A DNA stretch of 64,000 nucleotides from Candidatus Kaiserbacteria bacterium (GCA_963699165.1 OY969413.1:212310-276309), one strand, 5' to 3'; positions 48,793 to 61,060 are shown, counted from the first letter of the stretch. Program-made: numbers and translations. The notes: generated by a model from the sequence alone, not told the origin.

Positions 48793-50046
48793 TTATTTCA
48801 AAACCAGAATGAGTACGCCCTGTTTTCCTTTTCGGACAAGTGCGTATCCGCCGGAAAGGTCGCCAGAATATATTTTTTGGTCGGGACTTTCGATTGTCTG
48901 GCCGGAAAGAGTGATGCCCTTCCCTTCGATGAGGCGGCGAGCATCGGATTTTGACGACGCAAGGCCGCCCGCGACGAGCGCTTCAGCGAGCGAGTATCCG
49001 TCCTGGATATCGCTCCTCGTAATAGCGACTGTCGGCGCTTCCGCAAGAGTGACTGCGAGGGCGTCGCGCGACAGTTCGCTAAACGGAGTCGCGCCAAAAA
49101 GCGCATCCGTCGCGGCTGCGACTTGCGCCGTCGCGGCGGGACCGTGGATGATTTCCGTTGCAAGGCGCGCGAGCGTTTCCTGGGCCTGCCGTTCTCCCGG
49201 ATTCCTGCGATGCAATTCCATAAGTGCATCGATTTCAACCGGCGGCAAGAACGTGTAGACGCGAAGATACTTCTCGATATTCGCATCGGGAAGATTAATC
49301 CAAAATTGATAGAACTGGAACGGCGATGTTTTTTTAGGATTCAGCCAAATGGCATTCCCTTCGCTCTTGCCGAATTTTTTGCCGGCAGAGTCGGTCACGA
49401 GCGGAATGGTAAAGGCGAACACGTCTTCACCGAGTTTTTTGTGAATGAGGTCGACGCCCGAAAGGATGTTTGTCCACTGATCGCTCGCGCCGATTTGCAG
49501 ATCGCAGCCGAATTTTTGGTGGAGCGTGAGGTAGTCGAATCCCTGAAGCAAAGCGTAGGTGAATTCGGTATACGAAATGCTTTCATCCGGGGCGTCAAGC
49601 CGCTTTTTAATGATGTCGCGCTTTATCAAATCGTTCACCGTAAAATATTTTCCGATATCGCGTAAAAATAACAGCAACTGTACGTTCGACAGCCAGTCCG
49701 CGTTGTTGACCATTTTAAATGGCACGCCGCCGAGAATCTTTTTCAGTTCTGATTGCAGCGCGCGCGTATTTGCGGCAACGGTTTTTTCGTCCAGCAGGAC
49801 CCGCTCGCCTTTTTCGCGCGGGTCGCCGATTTGTCCCGTCGCTCCGCCGACCAGAAAAACAAGCGTATGTCCCGCCTGCGCGAGCCGCTTCATGAGGAGG
49901 ATGACGGCAAGGTTGCCGATTTGCATCGAATCGGCGGTGGGGTCAATGCCGAGATATACCGTTCGCGGTTTCTCGAGAATCTTCTCAATCGGCGCAGAGG
50001 TGTGCTCCAGCAATCCGCGCGCTTTTAATTCTTCGGCAAGCGTCAT
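48793..50046 (-). CDS. tyrS: Tyrosine--tRNA ligase
   Basis: Y.GIDPTADS.QIGN, QIGASDQW.NI, KFGKSEG, C-terminal S4 domain. Confidence 0.96.
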   Translation of the reverse strand: MTLAEELKARGLLEHTSAPIEKILEKPRTVYLGIDPTADSMQIGNLAVILLMKRLAQAGHTLVFLVGGATGQIGDPREKGERVLLDEKTVAANTRALQSELKKILGGVPFKMVNNADWLSNVQLLLFLRDIGKYFTVNDLIKRDIIKKRLDAPDESISYTEFTYALLQGFDYLTLHQKFGCDLQIGASDQWTNILSGVDLIHKKLGEDVFAFTIPLVTDSAGKKFGKSEGNAIWLNPKKTSPFQFYQFWINLPDANIEKYLRVYTFLPPVEIDALMELHRRNPGERQAQETLARLATEIIHGPAATAQVAAATDALFGATPFSELSRDALAVTLAEAPTVAITRSDIQDGYSLAEALVAGGLASSKSDARRLIEGKGITLSGQTIESPDQKIYSGDLSGGYALVRKGKQGVLILVLK

Positions 50047-50061
50047 GGCAAAACTATACCA

Positions 50062-51852
50062 TTATTCGTGCAAACCGATATGCAGTTCGTAGAAATGCCG
50101 ATACACGCCGTCTTGAATCTTGACGAGTTCATCGTGGGTACCTTGTTCTGCAATCTCTCCCTGTTTCAGTACGATAATGCTGTCGGCTTTGCGCACCGTC
50201 GAAAGGCGGTGCGCGATAATAAAGGTCGTCCGTCCACGCATGAGCTCATCGAAAGATTTGCTCACGTACTTCTCGGTCTCCGCATCAAGGGCTGATGTGG
50301 GTTCATCAAGAATGAGAATGCGGGGGTTTCGCAATATGGCGCGCGCGATGGCCACCCTCTGTTTTTGACCCACTGAAAGCTTAATACCGCGCTCGCCGAC
50401 TTCTTGTTCGTACTTTTTCGGAAACTGTTCAATAAAGATGTCCGCGTGTGCCTTCTTCGCCGCTTCTTCCACCTCGGCATCGGTTGCGCCGGGTTTTCCG
50501 TAGCGGATATTTTGCATTATGCTTGCGTTGAAGAGTACGACTTCCTGCGGAACGATGCCGATGCCGCGGCGCAAATCATTGAGATTGACCGTCTTCACGT
50601 CATGGCCGTCTATAAGCACTTCGCCTTGAGTCGGAAAATAGTAGCCCGAGATGAGTTCGGCGGTCGTAGATTTACCCACACCCGTTTCGCCGACAAGTGC
50701 CACGACTTCGCCGGCGCGGACGCGAAACGACACGCCTTTCAAAACCTCCGGTTGGCCCTCTTCATAGGAGAAATGCACGTCTTTGAATTCCACATTGCCC
50801 GCAAGCTCGGGCAAGCGCACGGCTTGTTCGGGTTCGTATGTCTCCGAAGGCGTCTCGAAAATAATTTCGCTGCGCACAAGCGATGTCAACCCGTTTTGAA
50901 TAGTCTGCCACTGTCCGCCGAGCGACACGAATGGCCCCATTATCATTCCGGCGTACGCATTGAAAGCAATGAGCTCGCCAATGGTTATGCTGCCGTTTGA
51001 CACGAGCGCCACCGAGTAAAATAAAATGATGCCCTGCGTAAGCGTGACAATGACGCGCTGGGAGAAGTTCATGGCGCTCCATGCGTATTCCATTTTCATC
51101 CATAGCGGCAGAGCATTCTTGAAAAACGCAGAATGTATTCGTTCGCTTTCGTATGTCTCGGCGCTCGCCTGTTTTACCGTTTGCACGTTCGTATATGCAT
51201 CGGCGCCGTCGCCGTATGCGCGGTTCCAGATTTTGATGCCTTCTTCCTGATAGAAAGCGGTTTTAGGTAAAATGCGCACAAGCACCAGGAGATATATTGC
51301 GACTCCGGCCAGAAGAATTGCAGCCAGCGAAGGGCGCATTGAGAATGATATGGCAACACCGATAAAAATTGTAAGAAATTGCGGCGCAAGCGAAACAATC
51401 GTATCCGCGGTTCTTGCCAACTGCCATGCCGCTCTGGAAACCATTTCCGATATTTCGCCCGAACGATTTTTCTTATGAAAAGCAATCGGAAGCGTAAGCA
51501 GATGCGTGAACGCATTTGCTTGCACCGCAATTTCAAGTTCGGTCGTAAGAAGCCGGCTTTGTCGGTCGATTAACCAACTGACGCCGTTTGCGATAATCTG
51601 CGCGACGAACCAAGTGGCAAGAAGCACCGACCAGCCTTGATAAGAACCGAGCAGCGGAACTGCGATGATGTGCGGGTTAACAAGCGTATCGAAAAAGCGC
51701 CCGGTTATATACGGAATGACGCCGTTAGCGGCGGCGGAAAAAATGCCCGCAATCGAGAGCAACGTGAGCACGCCCTTGTATGGATTCAGCTGTCGCGAGA
51801 GCGCTTTGCGCTTTTGAGCCCACGTGAATTTTGGCCGTCTTTCATCGTCCAT
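50062..51852 (-). CDS. ABC exporter, fused permease/ATPase (MsbA/MdlB-like)
   Basis: TMD plus GETGVGKST, LSVGQKQR, LDEPTSALD, IAHRLST. Confidence 0.93.
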   Translation of the reverse strand: MDDERRPKFTWAQKRKALSRQLNPYKGVLTLLSIAGIFSAAANGVIPYITGRFFDTLVNPHIIAVPLLGSYQGWSVLLATWFVAQIIANGVSWLIDRQSRLLTTELEIAVQANAFTHLLTLPIAFHKKNRSGEISEMVSRAAWQLARTADTIVSLAPQFLTIFIGVAISFSMRPSLAAILLAGVAIYLLVLVRILPKTAFYQEEGIKIWNRAYGDGADAYTNVQTVKQASAETYESERIHSAFFKNALPLWMKMEYAWSAMNFSQRVIVTLTQGIILFYSVALVSNGSITIGELIAFNAYAGMIMGPFVSLGGQWQTIQNGLTSLVRSEIIFETPSETYEPEQAVRLPELAGNVEFKDVHFSYEEGQPEVLKGVSFRVRAGEVVALVGETGVGKSTTAELISGYYFPTQGEVLIDGHDVKTVNLNDLRRGIGIVPQEVVLFNASIMQNIRYGKPGATDAEVEEAAKKAHADIFIEQFPKKYEQEVGERGIKLSVGQKQRVAIARAILRNPRILILDEPTSALDAETEKYVSKSFDELMRGRTTFIIAHRLSTVRKADSIIVLKQGEIAEQGTHDELVKIQDGVYRHFYELHIGLHE

Positions 51853-51880
51853 CGTTTAGTTATAACACTGAAAGCAAAAT

Positions 51881-52399
51881 TTATTGAGCCAGAAAGAAAA
51901 GACCGGCCGCGGGAGCTATGAACCACCAGAAGAAGAATTGGTCAGGTGCGAACAGCAAAGAGATTTGCGACGGAAAGTTATACACGGAAGGAATCAGAAA
52001 GACATGGTACGCGAGCGCCATCAAAAATGCCGAGGCGAGAAACGGCAACACCAAAATTCCCAAAATGCCGACATGCACGAAGTCGGAGGCGGCGACGCGG
52101 CGTAACACCATATAGAAAATGAATGTTAGGACGACGTATAGTCCTACGTGCACGAGCAGCGCCGTGAGCTTCGGCGCCGTGGGCAAAAAAGACATATACG
52201 GAAACGCGAGGTAGACCGCGTACGCGCAATAAAACGCGAGCACTATCGATACGAACGGACCTCGCCCGATGTACTGCAGAAAGCAGTAAAAGAGAATAAA
52301 CAGGATTATGAGCACCAAAAAATTGCTCGCAATGGCCCATGCGCTAAGCCCGTATTGCGATAACGTCGGAAGCGCCTGCACGATTGCGTCGGCATTCAT
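51881..52399 (-). CDS. Hypothetical integral membrane protein
   Basis: 172 aa, about five hydrophobic segments. Confidence 0.7.
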   Translation of the reverse strand: MNADAIVQALPTLSQYGLSAWAIASNFLVLIILFILFYCFLQYIGRGPFVSIVLAFYCAYAVYLAFPYMSFLPTAPKLTALLVHVGLYVVLTFIFYMVLRRVAASDFVHVGILGILVLPFLASAFLMALAYHVFLIPSVYNFPSQISLLFAPDQFFFWWFIAPAAGLFFLAQ

Positions 52400-52423
52400 A
52401 CAAGACAGTATATACCGCCCAAA

Positions 52424-53512
52424 CTAGAGCCCTTCGGTTTTCAACTCCTCGACTATTTTGCGGGCTTTGCCGGACAGCTTGTTTGGAAGCGTCGCTTCGA
52501 GGCGAATAATCAGGTCGCCGCGCGCGCCTTCCGTCGGGACTCCTTTGCCGGCAACGCGCAACAGCTCTTCGGCGCGTTTCATTGCGGGAATTTTTACCTC
52601 AAGTGTTTTTCCTTCGAGCGTCTCGATGGATACGGTTGTTCCGAGGAGCGCGTCGGTGAGTTTTACCGGAAGATTCATCACGAGGTTTGCACCTTCGCGG
52701 CGAAATATGCGGTGGGGCTGCACGTGCACCTTCACGTACAGGTCGCCCGCGACGCCCGCCTTAATCGCTTCGCCCTGCTGCGGAAGGCGAATCATTTCGC
52801 CATTGTCGATGCCGGACGGTATCGAGACCTTGATTTCCTCCTCTTTTCGCAGCACACCATGTCCTTTGCACTCGGGGCATTTCTCTTTTGGAATTTTACC
52901 GCTTCCATCGCAAGTCGTGCACGTGCGAACGCTGGTGAACTGGCCGAGAATGGAATTGCGCGTCTCGTGCACGCGGCCGCTTCCGTTGCAGGTTTTGCAG
53001 GTGTCGAGTTCCGTTCCCGCCTTTGCGCCCGAGCCATGGCATATGCTGCAGGTCGAGACCTTGGCGAGAAGCACCGTGCGCGTCGTGCCGAACACGGCAT
53101 CTTTGAATGGAATTTCAAGGTCGATAGAAATGTCGCGCCCGCGCGGCGTTCTTGATTGGCTGTTTCGGCCGCCGAACATGTCGCCGAAAATATCGCCGAA
53201 GTCGAATTGCATGCCGTCCGCATCAAATCCCTGCTGGAATTGGCTGAAATCAAAGCCGCCGAAGCCGCCCGCGGCGGCGCCGCTTGAGCGTGAGCCGCCG
53301 CCGCCTTGAAACGCCTGTCCGTACGCGTCGTATTCGCGGCGCTTCTTATCATCACTAAGAACCGAATACGCTTCGGTAATCTCTTTAAACTTATCCGCAT
53401 TGCCTCCTTTGTCGGGATGATATTTGTGCGCGAGCTTCCGAAATGCTTTTTTTATGTCGTCAGGCGTCGCTTTTCTATCGACGCCGAGTACGTTGTAGTA
53501 ATCTTTTGGCAT
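52424..53512 (-). CDS. dnaJ: Chaperone DnaJ
   Basis: HPD J-domain, G/F region, four CxxCxGxG repeats. Confidence 0.97.
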   Translation of the reverse strand: MPKDYYNVLGVDRKATPDDIKKAFRKLAHKYHPDKGGNADKFKEITEAYSVLSDDKKRREYDAYGQAFQGGGGSRSSGAAAGGFGGFDFSQFQQGFDADGMQFDFGDIFGDMFGGRNSQSRTPRGRDISIDLEIPFKDAVFGTTRTVLLAKVSTCSICHGSGAKAGTELDTCKTCNGSGRVHETRNSILGQFTSVRTCTTCDGSGKIPKEKCPECKGHGVLRKEEEIKVSIPSGIDNGEMIRLPQQGEAIKAGVAGDLYVKVHVQPHRIFRREGANLVMNLPVKLTDALLGTTVSIETLEGKTLEVKIPAMKRAEELLRVAGKGVPTEGARGDLIIRLEATLPNKLSGKARKIVEELKTEGL

Positions 53513-53551
53513 AGGGTGCCATCATTATACGCTCCTATTTTTTCAATGCAA

Positions 53552-53588
53552 AACAACAGGCGGCGCGGTAAACCGCGCCGCCTGTTGA
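53552..53588 (-). terminator. Intrinsic terminator after dnaK
   Basis: CAACAGGCGGCGCGGT-AA-ACCGCGCCGCCTGTTG hairpin with a U-rich tail on the minus strand. Confidence 0.7.
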
Positions 53589-53601
53589 TAACGATTTCCG
53601 A

Positions 53602-55497
<1,896 letters not shown>

Positions 55498-55533
55498 ATA
55501 TTTTTATAAAGTTAGGTGTCTATTTTATACCTC

Positions 55534-56139
55534 TTATTTTTCGCTTGCAAAGTGCGCCACGCGGACTTTAGCGGCGCGAATGATATCTTCTCCAATCTTC
55601 CACCCTTTCTCAAGTATTGCCGTAATAGTATCATCTTTCGTCGCGTCGTTCGTTGCGTCTTGGCCGAATGCCTCGTGGAGCGCCGGATTGAAGGGTTCGC
55701 CGACAACGCCCACTTCCTCAAGACCGAGCGAAGCAAACGCACTTTCAAGCTGTTTTGCGATTGCCTGAAAACCCTCGGGAATTTCGCCGTGTTCTTTTGC
55801 GCGCTCAAGCGCGTCAAATGCGGGCAAAAGCGTCTCGACGGCTTTGACTTTGCCGCGAAACTCGGACACCTTCGACTCGTCGCCAAAACGCTTGAGCGCA
55901 TTTACATAGTCGGCTTTGGCTCTCTGCCAACCGTCCATGTATTCCTGCTTTTCCTTTTTGCACGCTGACAGCTCCTCGCGCAATTTCGCCGCCTTCGACG
56001 ATGCTGCATTCAGCGCGTCGTCGTCCGAACTTCCGAAGGAAGTTTTAGGATCGGCCTCAAACTCAACATCTTCTGGTTCATCCCTAAACTCCGCCGCATT
56101 GGCGGAGTCGGGCGAACTTTTTCCAAAAGTTATAGCCAT
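55534..56139 (-). CDS. grpE: Nucleotide exchange factor GrpE
   Basis: QRAKADYVN, LLP..D.LERA, FNP.LHEA, IIRAAKV.V. Confidence 0.94.
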   Translation of the reverse strand: MAITFGKSSPDSANAAEFRDEPEDVEFEADPKTSFGSSDDDALNAASSKAAKLREELSACKKEKQEYMDGWQRAKADYVNALKRFGDESKVSEFRGKVKAVETLLPAFDALERAKEHGEIPEGFQAIAKQLESAFASLGLEEVGVVGEPFNPALHEAFGQDATNDATKDDTITAILEKGWKIGEDIIRAAKVRVAHFASEK

Positions 56140-56181
56140 ATGCTAAATATGCCCGAAAAATGGTGCGATGTCAAAAAAGTT

Positions 56182-56814
56182 CTAAATCCGTTTATTATCT
56201 ACCCTCACGAATTCCAAAAAGTTGTTAATGGCAACCATCCAGAAAACCAAAATCAATAAGGTCTGGACTATCCATGAAGAGAGATTCGGTGTTGCATAGA
56301 CGCTTAACGATGACGCTTTCGGAAATTGGGGATGACTTGGGCAAACATCCTGGATTCCGACTCCCTTTTTGACAAAGCCGCAAGATGCAAGGAAACTGGT
56401 TTGTTCAACCGCGATTTGAAGTGGAATTTGCGATATTACATAAGACGAGTTCGGCATAATTTCATACGCGTCTGGGTTCTGCACTGAGCTTCCTGTAAAG
56501 CCGGTTGGAATACGGCCCGAAATGTAGGGCATTAATGGATCATCCTTAGGTACTGCCCATGAATATACCCAATCAAATGCCAAGGTGTGGTTTTCGATAT
56601 GCAAATCATAATAGCCAATTGCCGGAAATAGACCCAAATACTTTGAGAAGATTGGTACCCATGGCGCGAATACTGGCACCATTGCAGGGAACATGATTGT
56701 ACTGCTGGCCGAATTAATTATAGTGTTTGATGACAATTGGTAGCGTTGAAAAGGGTACGGCAATAGAATTGCGACGGTAAAAAGTGTTAGCAGTACAAAA
56801 ATGATATACTTCAT
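56182..56814 (-). CDS. Hypothetical membrane protein (AT-rich)
   Basis: 210-aa ORF with N- and C-terminal hydrophobic segments. Confidence 0.6.
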   Translation of the reverse strand: MKYIIFVLLTLFTVAILLPYPFQRYQLSSNTIINSASSTIMFPAMVPVFAPWVPIFSKYLGLFPAIGYYDLHIENHTLAFDWVYSWAVPKDDPLMPYISGRIPTGFTGSSVQNPDAYEIMPNSSYVISQIPLQIAVEQTSFLASCGFVKKGVGIQDVCPSHPQFPKASSLSVYATPNLSSWIVQTLLILVFWMVAINNFLEFVRVDNKRI

Positions 56815-56859
56815 ATCGAATAGAATATCGCATAATTTTCTAAAGTGTACAGTATCCGC

Positions 56860-56893
56860 AATTAAAAAACCGCTTGTGGCGGTCTTTTAATTT
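56860..56893. terminator. Terminator after rpsI
   Basis: AATTAAAAAACCGC-TTGTG-GCGGTCTTTTAATT. Confidence 0.65.
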
Positions 56894-56896
56894 CTA

Positions 56897-57292
56897 CTAA
56901 CGTTTACTCCACTGTTTCGCTTTCCGCGCTTTAACAAGTCCCGGCTTTTTGCGCTCTTTGGCGCGCGGGTCGCGCTTCAAAAACTTTGCGGCCTTCAAGA
57001 CCGTGCGGGTCTTCGGCTCTGCCTTTGTGATGGCGCGGGAGATTGCGTGGCGCACGGCATCTGCCTGTGCCGCGATGCCGCCGCCGGAAACATGCGCGAC
57101 GACCGCGTAGTTCTCTGCGCTCTCTGCCGTCGCGAGTGCTTCCTCGGCGACTTTTGCGCGCTCGTTAGTTTTGAAATAGTCCTTCGGGCTCTTGCCGTTA
57201 ATCACGACGCTGCTTTTTGCGGCCTTTGCTATGCGAACGCTCGCAATGGCGGTCTTTCTTCGTCCTACTGCGGTGATGAATTCTGTTGCCAT
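56897..57292 (-). CDS. rpsI: 30S ribosomal protein S9
   Basis: GRRKTA.A.V, GGG...QA.A.RH, RDPR.KERKKPG...ARK..QWSKR. Confidence 0.97.
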   Translation of the reverse strand: MATEFITAVGRRKTAIASVRIAKAAKSSVVINGKSPKDYFKTNERAKVAEEALATAESAENYAVVAHVSGGGIAAQADAVRHAISRAITKAEPKTRTVLKAAKFLKRDPRAKERKKPGLVKARKAKQWSKR

Positions 57293-57297
57293 AAAAT

Positions 57298-57669
57298 TTA
57301 TGCGTTCACGATAAGATTCTTCATGCGCGGTGCGCGAAGCTTGTTGCGCGGAATCATTCCGTCAACCGTTTTCCGTACGACATCCGCAATGCCCTTCTTC
57401 TCAATCATTTGCTCCATTGTCATTTCGCGAAGACCGCCCGGGTAGCCGGTGTAGTGCGTGTAGACCTTTCCTTTCGTGCGGCGCGCCGGCAGGTGGAGCT
57501 TGCTTGCGTTCTCGATGATGACGGTTGTCGGCACCGCGATGTTCTTTGCGAAAAGCGTTGAACGCTTTCCGAGAAGCGCATGAGCCGCCTCGCTCGCAAC
57601 GCGTCCAAGCGTGCGATCGGTCGCATCGATAGTGTACGTCGTCGGCTGTGGCTTCGTGTTAGGAGTCAT
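57298..57669 (-). CDS. rplM: 50S ribosomal protein L13
   Basis: IDA....LGR.AS, YTGYPGGL, GMIPRNKLR. Confidence 0.95.
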   Translation of the reverse strand: MTPNTKPQPTTYTIDATDRTLGRVASEAAHALLGKRSTLFAKNIAVPTTVIIENASKLHLPARRTKGKVYTHYTGYPGGLREMTMEQMIEKKGIADVVRKTVDGMIPRNKLRAPRMKNLIVNA

Positions 57670-57685
57670 GATGCTGTTATAAATA

Positions 57686-58039
57686 CTAGACAAATGCGAT
57701 ATACGCAAGCTTGCGCGCGTCATTTTTGCCGCGGGTTGTGCGCTTCACGACGCGGGTGTAGCCGCCCTCGCGTGTCGCGTAGCGAGGACCGATTGAGTCG
57801 AAAAGCTTTTTGACGGCTTCATCGTCGCCGAGGCGGGTCTTGGTGAGCCGGCGGCTTGCAAGCGTATTCTTCTTTGCGTAGGTCACGAGGCGCTCTACAA
57901 ACGGGCGGAGGGCTTTCGCTTTTGCTTCGGTGGTCGAGATGCGCTCTTCAAGCACGAGCGAACGCGCCAGCGAGCGGATGAGCGCTCGCCGCTGGTTGCT
58001 CGGTCGAGCAAAGGTTCGTGCTTTTTTAGTAAATGCCAT
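57686..58039 (-). CDS. rplQ: 50S ribosomal protein L17
   Basis: RI.TTEAKAK.LRP.VERLVT, R.GGYTRV. Confidence 0.96.
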   Translation of the reverse strand: MAFTKKARTFARPSNQRRALIRSLARSLVLEERISTTEAKAKALRPFVERLVTYAKKNTLASRRLTKTRLGDDEAVKKLFDSIGPRYATREGGYTRVVKRTTRGKNDARKLAYIAFV

Positions 58040-58049
58040 ACCGGATTAA

Positions 58050-59015
58050 TTATTCTCCCTTGAGGGTAAGCCCGAAGCCGGCGAGCGCCTCCGAAATTTC
58101 GCTCACGGCCTTGTCTCCGATGCCGTCGAGTTCTTTGAGCGCGCTCGGTGTCTTGCGAATGAGTCCGGCGGTCGTTTTGATGCCCGCATCGGCAAGAGCC
58201 GATACGATACGGGAAGAAATGCCGAGATCGGCAATTTTAACTTTTGTTGAATCCGCAAATCCTTCGGCCGCGGCGTTTTTACCGCCCTTTTTTTCCGGTG
58301 CGCCCTCCTCAGCTGCTGCCGGTGCGCTCTCCTGGAATCCGATAACGGCGCGAAGCTGATGAATCATCGTTTCAATCGACTGCTCGAGCGCCTCGCGAGG
58401 CGCGATAGTGCCGTTGGTCTCGATAAGAATGCGGAGGCGATTGAAATCCGTGCGGTCGCCGACGCGCATGTTTTCGACTTCATAGTTGACGCGGCGAATC
58501 GGCGTGAAGGTCGCATCGAGCGCGATAGTGCCGATGTCCACCTTGTCCTTCGTGAGGACTTCGCGCGAAACATAACCGAGGCCGCGCTCGATAGTCGCTT
58601 CGAGTTCGAGCGATGCCTTGCCCGAGAGGTCGGCGAGATGCTGGGTCGGATTCTTAATTTCAACTTGCGAGGGCAAATTGAAATTCTTTGCAGTGACTTC
58701 GCCCGTGCCTTTTGCGGTAAGGGAAATGGTCTGCGGCTCGTCGCCATGAAGCACGAAGTGAACGCGTTTCAAGTTGAGCAAAAGCTCCATGACGGTTTCG
58801 CGAACACCGTCGATAGTCGCAAACTCATGCGGAACGCCCTCGATTTTCACTTGTGTGATTGCCGCGCCCGAAAGAGAGGAAAGAATAATGCGGCGAAGCG
58901 AGTTGCCGAGCGTATGCCCGTAGCCCGGATAGAGCGAATCGATTTCATAAACGCCCTGCAGTCCTTCTTCGGAAACAATGCGAGGCTTACTCGGGAGTGT
59001 GATGTGGTATTCCAT
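58050..59015 (-). CDS. rpoA: RNA polymerase alpha subunit
   Basis: GYGHTLGNSLRRI.LSS, HEF.TI.GV.E, DA.F.P...VNY.VE..RVG. Confidence 0.97.
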   Translation of the reverse strand: MEYHITLPSKPRIVSEEGLQGVYEIDSLYPGYGHTLGNSLRRIILSSLSGAAITQVKIEGVPHEFATIDGVRETVMELLLNLKRVHFVLHGDEPQTISLTAKGTGEVTAKNFNLPSQVEIKNPTQHLADLSGKASLELEATIERGLGYVSREVLTKDKVDIGTIALDATFTPIRRVNYEVENMRVGDRTDFNRLRILIETNGTIAPREALEQSIETMIHQLRAVIGFQESAPAAAEEGAPEKKGGKNAAAEGFADSTKVKIADLGISSRIVSALADAGIKTTAGLIRKTPSALKELDGIGDKAVSEISEALAGFGLTLKGE

Positions 59016-59042
59016 AACGCAATCGTAATTACCAATTATAAA

Positions 59043-59654
59043 TTATCTCGTGTAGAACGAGAGCACGGCCGCCAAATCGCCCGCGACGTCCGCGGATGCG
59101 GCTGTCGGACGTTCGATGATGCTGCCCTCCATCGACTTCGCATTCCACGAAAGCCATGACGGAAGCGGGCGCTCCGCAAAGCGCTCGCCGAATCCAACAA
59201 GAGAACCGTGTTCCTTCGAACCCTCGCGAATCGCGATGTGCTCGCCAACGGAAAGCATGTGCGACGGCACGCGCACCTTCTTGCCTCCCACCAAAACGTG
59301 GCCGTGTGCCACCATTTGGCGCGCCGAGCGCCGCGTAGACGCCAAGCCGAGACGCCAAATGACATTGTCGAGGCGCATTTCGAGAAGCTCGTGGAGGCGT
59401 TCAATCGGCTTTATGTCGTGCGCATCGAGCGCCTTCGCGACGTAATTGCCGAACTGGCGCTCCGTCATGCCGTAGGTAACGCGCACCTTCTGCTTCTCGA
59501 GCATCTGCTTTCCGTATTCGCTCTGACGGCCGCGGCCGCGGCGCTTGTTTTTGGCGGAACGCTCCGCGGAGAGCGCAAACTTTTGTGTCTGCGCTTTTTC
59601 AAAGACGGTTGCGCCGAGGCGCTTCGCAATTTTGTATCGTGGACCGGTAATCAT
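59043..59654 (-). CDS. rpsD: 30S ribosomal protein S4
   Basis: SEYG.Q..EKQK, LE.RLDN...RLG, ARQ.V.HGH. Confidence 0.97.
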   Translation of the reverse strand: MITGPRYKIAKRLGATVFEKAQTQKFALSAERSAKNKRRGRGRQSEYGKQMLEKQKVRVTYGMTERQFGNYVAKALDAHDIKPIERLHELLEMRLDNVIWRLGLASTRRSARQMVAHGHVLVGGKKVRVPSHMLSVGEHIAIREGSKEHGSLVGFGERFAERPLPSWLSWNAKSMEGSIIERPTAASADVAGDLAAVLSFYTR

Positions 59655-59665
59655 GGCATTAAAAA

Positions 59666-60100
59666 TTACACGCGGCGCGGCTTCGGCGGGCGCGGACCGT
59701 TGTGCGGAATCGGCGTCACATCTTTGATGGCGCGGATTTGAATGCCCTTGCCCGAGAATGCGCGAAGCACCGACTCGCGTCCCGCGCCAACGCCGCGGAT
59801 GACAACCGATGCTTCCTTGATGCCGATCATCGTTCCTTTCTCGCCGAGAAATTCGCCGACTTTCGCGGCGGCATACGGCGTGGATTTGCGGGCTCCGGAA
59901 AAACCGAGAGCGCCCGCGGAAGAAGACACAATCGCATTGCCCTTCTCGTCCGTAAGGATGGCCTTCGTATTGTTGAAAGTCGCCTCGATATGCAACACGC
60001 CTTTCTCGAGGTGGCGTTTCGTGGCCTTCGAAAGAGCGCGCTCTTTGCGCCCCTGATCCATGCCTTTGCCGCTCTTCTTGATGATGCGTTTTTTTCCCAT
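59666..60100 (-). CDS. rpsK: 30S ribosomal protein S11
   Basis: TFNNT, RKSTPYAA, DVTPIPHNG.RPPK.RRV. Confidence 0.97.
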   Translation of the reverse strand: MGKKRIIKKSGKGMDQGRKERALSKATKRHLEKGVLHIEATFNNTKAILTDEKGNAIVSSSAGALGFSGARKSTPYAAAKVGEFLGEKGTMIGIKEASVVIRGVGAGRESVLRAFSGKGIQIRAIKDVTPIPHNGPRPPKPRRV

Positions 60101-60107
60101 AGATTAA

Positions 60108-60488
60108 TTATGTTTTTTCAAGCGTACGGCGTCCCGAGGTCATCGTCTTCCTGACGTTGCCGCGGCGCGTGCGCGAGTTGGTCTTGGTGCGCTGGCCGCG
60201 AACCGGCAAACCTCGCGCATGGCGATCGCCGCGAATCGAACGGATGTCCTTCAGACGCTTTATGTTCTGGCCGATTTCTCGGCGAAGCTCACCCTCGATG
60301 GTAAAACCTTCCGCTAGCGTGCGGATTCTTACTTCCTCATCGGGCGTAAGGTCGCTGCCTTTCATTGTCGGAACGACGCCGACCTCTTTCAAAATCTCGC
60401 GGGCACGTGCCGGGCCGATGCCGAAAATAAGCGGCAGCGAGTACGCGAGTTGTTTGTTATCGGGAATGGTAACGCCTGCGATACGCAT
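60108..60488 (-). CDS. rpsM: 30S ribosomal protein S13
   Basis: RIAGV.IP..K, GLPVRGQRTKTNSRT. Confidence 0.97.
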   Translation of the reverse strand: MRIAGVTIPDNKQLAYSLPLIFGIGPARAREILKEVGVVPTMKGSDLTPDEEVRIRTLAEGFTIEGELRREIGQNIKRLKDIRSIRGDRHARGLPVRGQRTKTNSRTRRGNVRKTMTSGRRTLEKT

Positions 60489-60499
60489 ACGAAAATAAT

Positions 60500-60616
60500 T
60501 TACCCCTGACGCGCCTTGCGTCGAGGATTCTTTTTATTAATACGATACAGACGCCCGCCGCGGCGGACGAGCTGATCTCCCGGTTGCTGAACTTTAATTG
60601 AAGCACGAACTTTCAT
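60500..60616 (-). CDS. rpmJ: 50S ribosomal protein L36, zinc-free type (absent from the ORF track)
   Basis: Manual translation [38 protein letters not shown]; between infA and rpsM. Confidence 0.93.
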   Translation of the reverse strand: MKVRASIKVQQPGDQLVRRGGRLYRINKKNPRRKARQG

Positions 60617-60752
60617 CCTGTTAGAAATAGGACGCGGACATTTCTATCGCGCGAAACCCATGATTATTTTGAACATCTTATAATTTAGCCGATTTTAACA
60701 GTTTTTTATTCAGTCCGCTATTTCGAACGGGATTCATCGTAATGTCTGAAAA

Positions 60753-61022
60753 TTATGTTAATCGGCGAACTATTCTCGCGCGGCCGCCATACGGGTCGAG
60801 CACCATATCGACTTGGTCGCCGACCAAAACGCGAATGCGATGCAACCGCATCTTGCCCGAAAGATATGCAAGAACAATCGCTCCTTCTTCCGGCTCCGGC
60901 TTCACGCCGGCATCGTCTGAAGGTTCCTCTGCCGGCACAGACATGCGAACCCGAAAGAGTGAGTTTGGCAACACCTCTTCGACGGTGCCAACCGCCGTTT
61001 TTGTACTTTCGCCGTCATTCAT
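60753..61022 (-). CDS. infA: Translation initiation factor IF-1 with an acidic loop insertion
   Basis: G.V.EVLPN..FRV ... LAYLSGKMRLHRIRVLVGD.V. Confidence 0.93.
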   Translation of the reverse strand: MNDGESTKTAVGTVEEVLPNSLFRVRMSVPAEEPSDDAGVKPEPEEGAIVLAYLSGKMRLHRIRVLVGDQVDMVLDPYGGRARIVRRLT

Positions 61023-61060
61023 GCAGAGCCATATCAATGTAGCAGGTGTCGCTAAAATCG

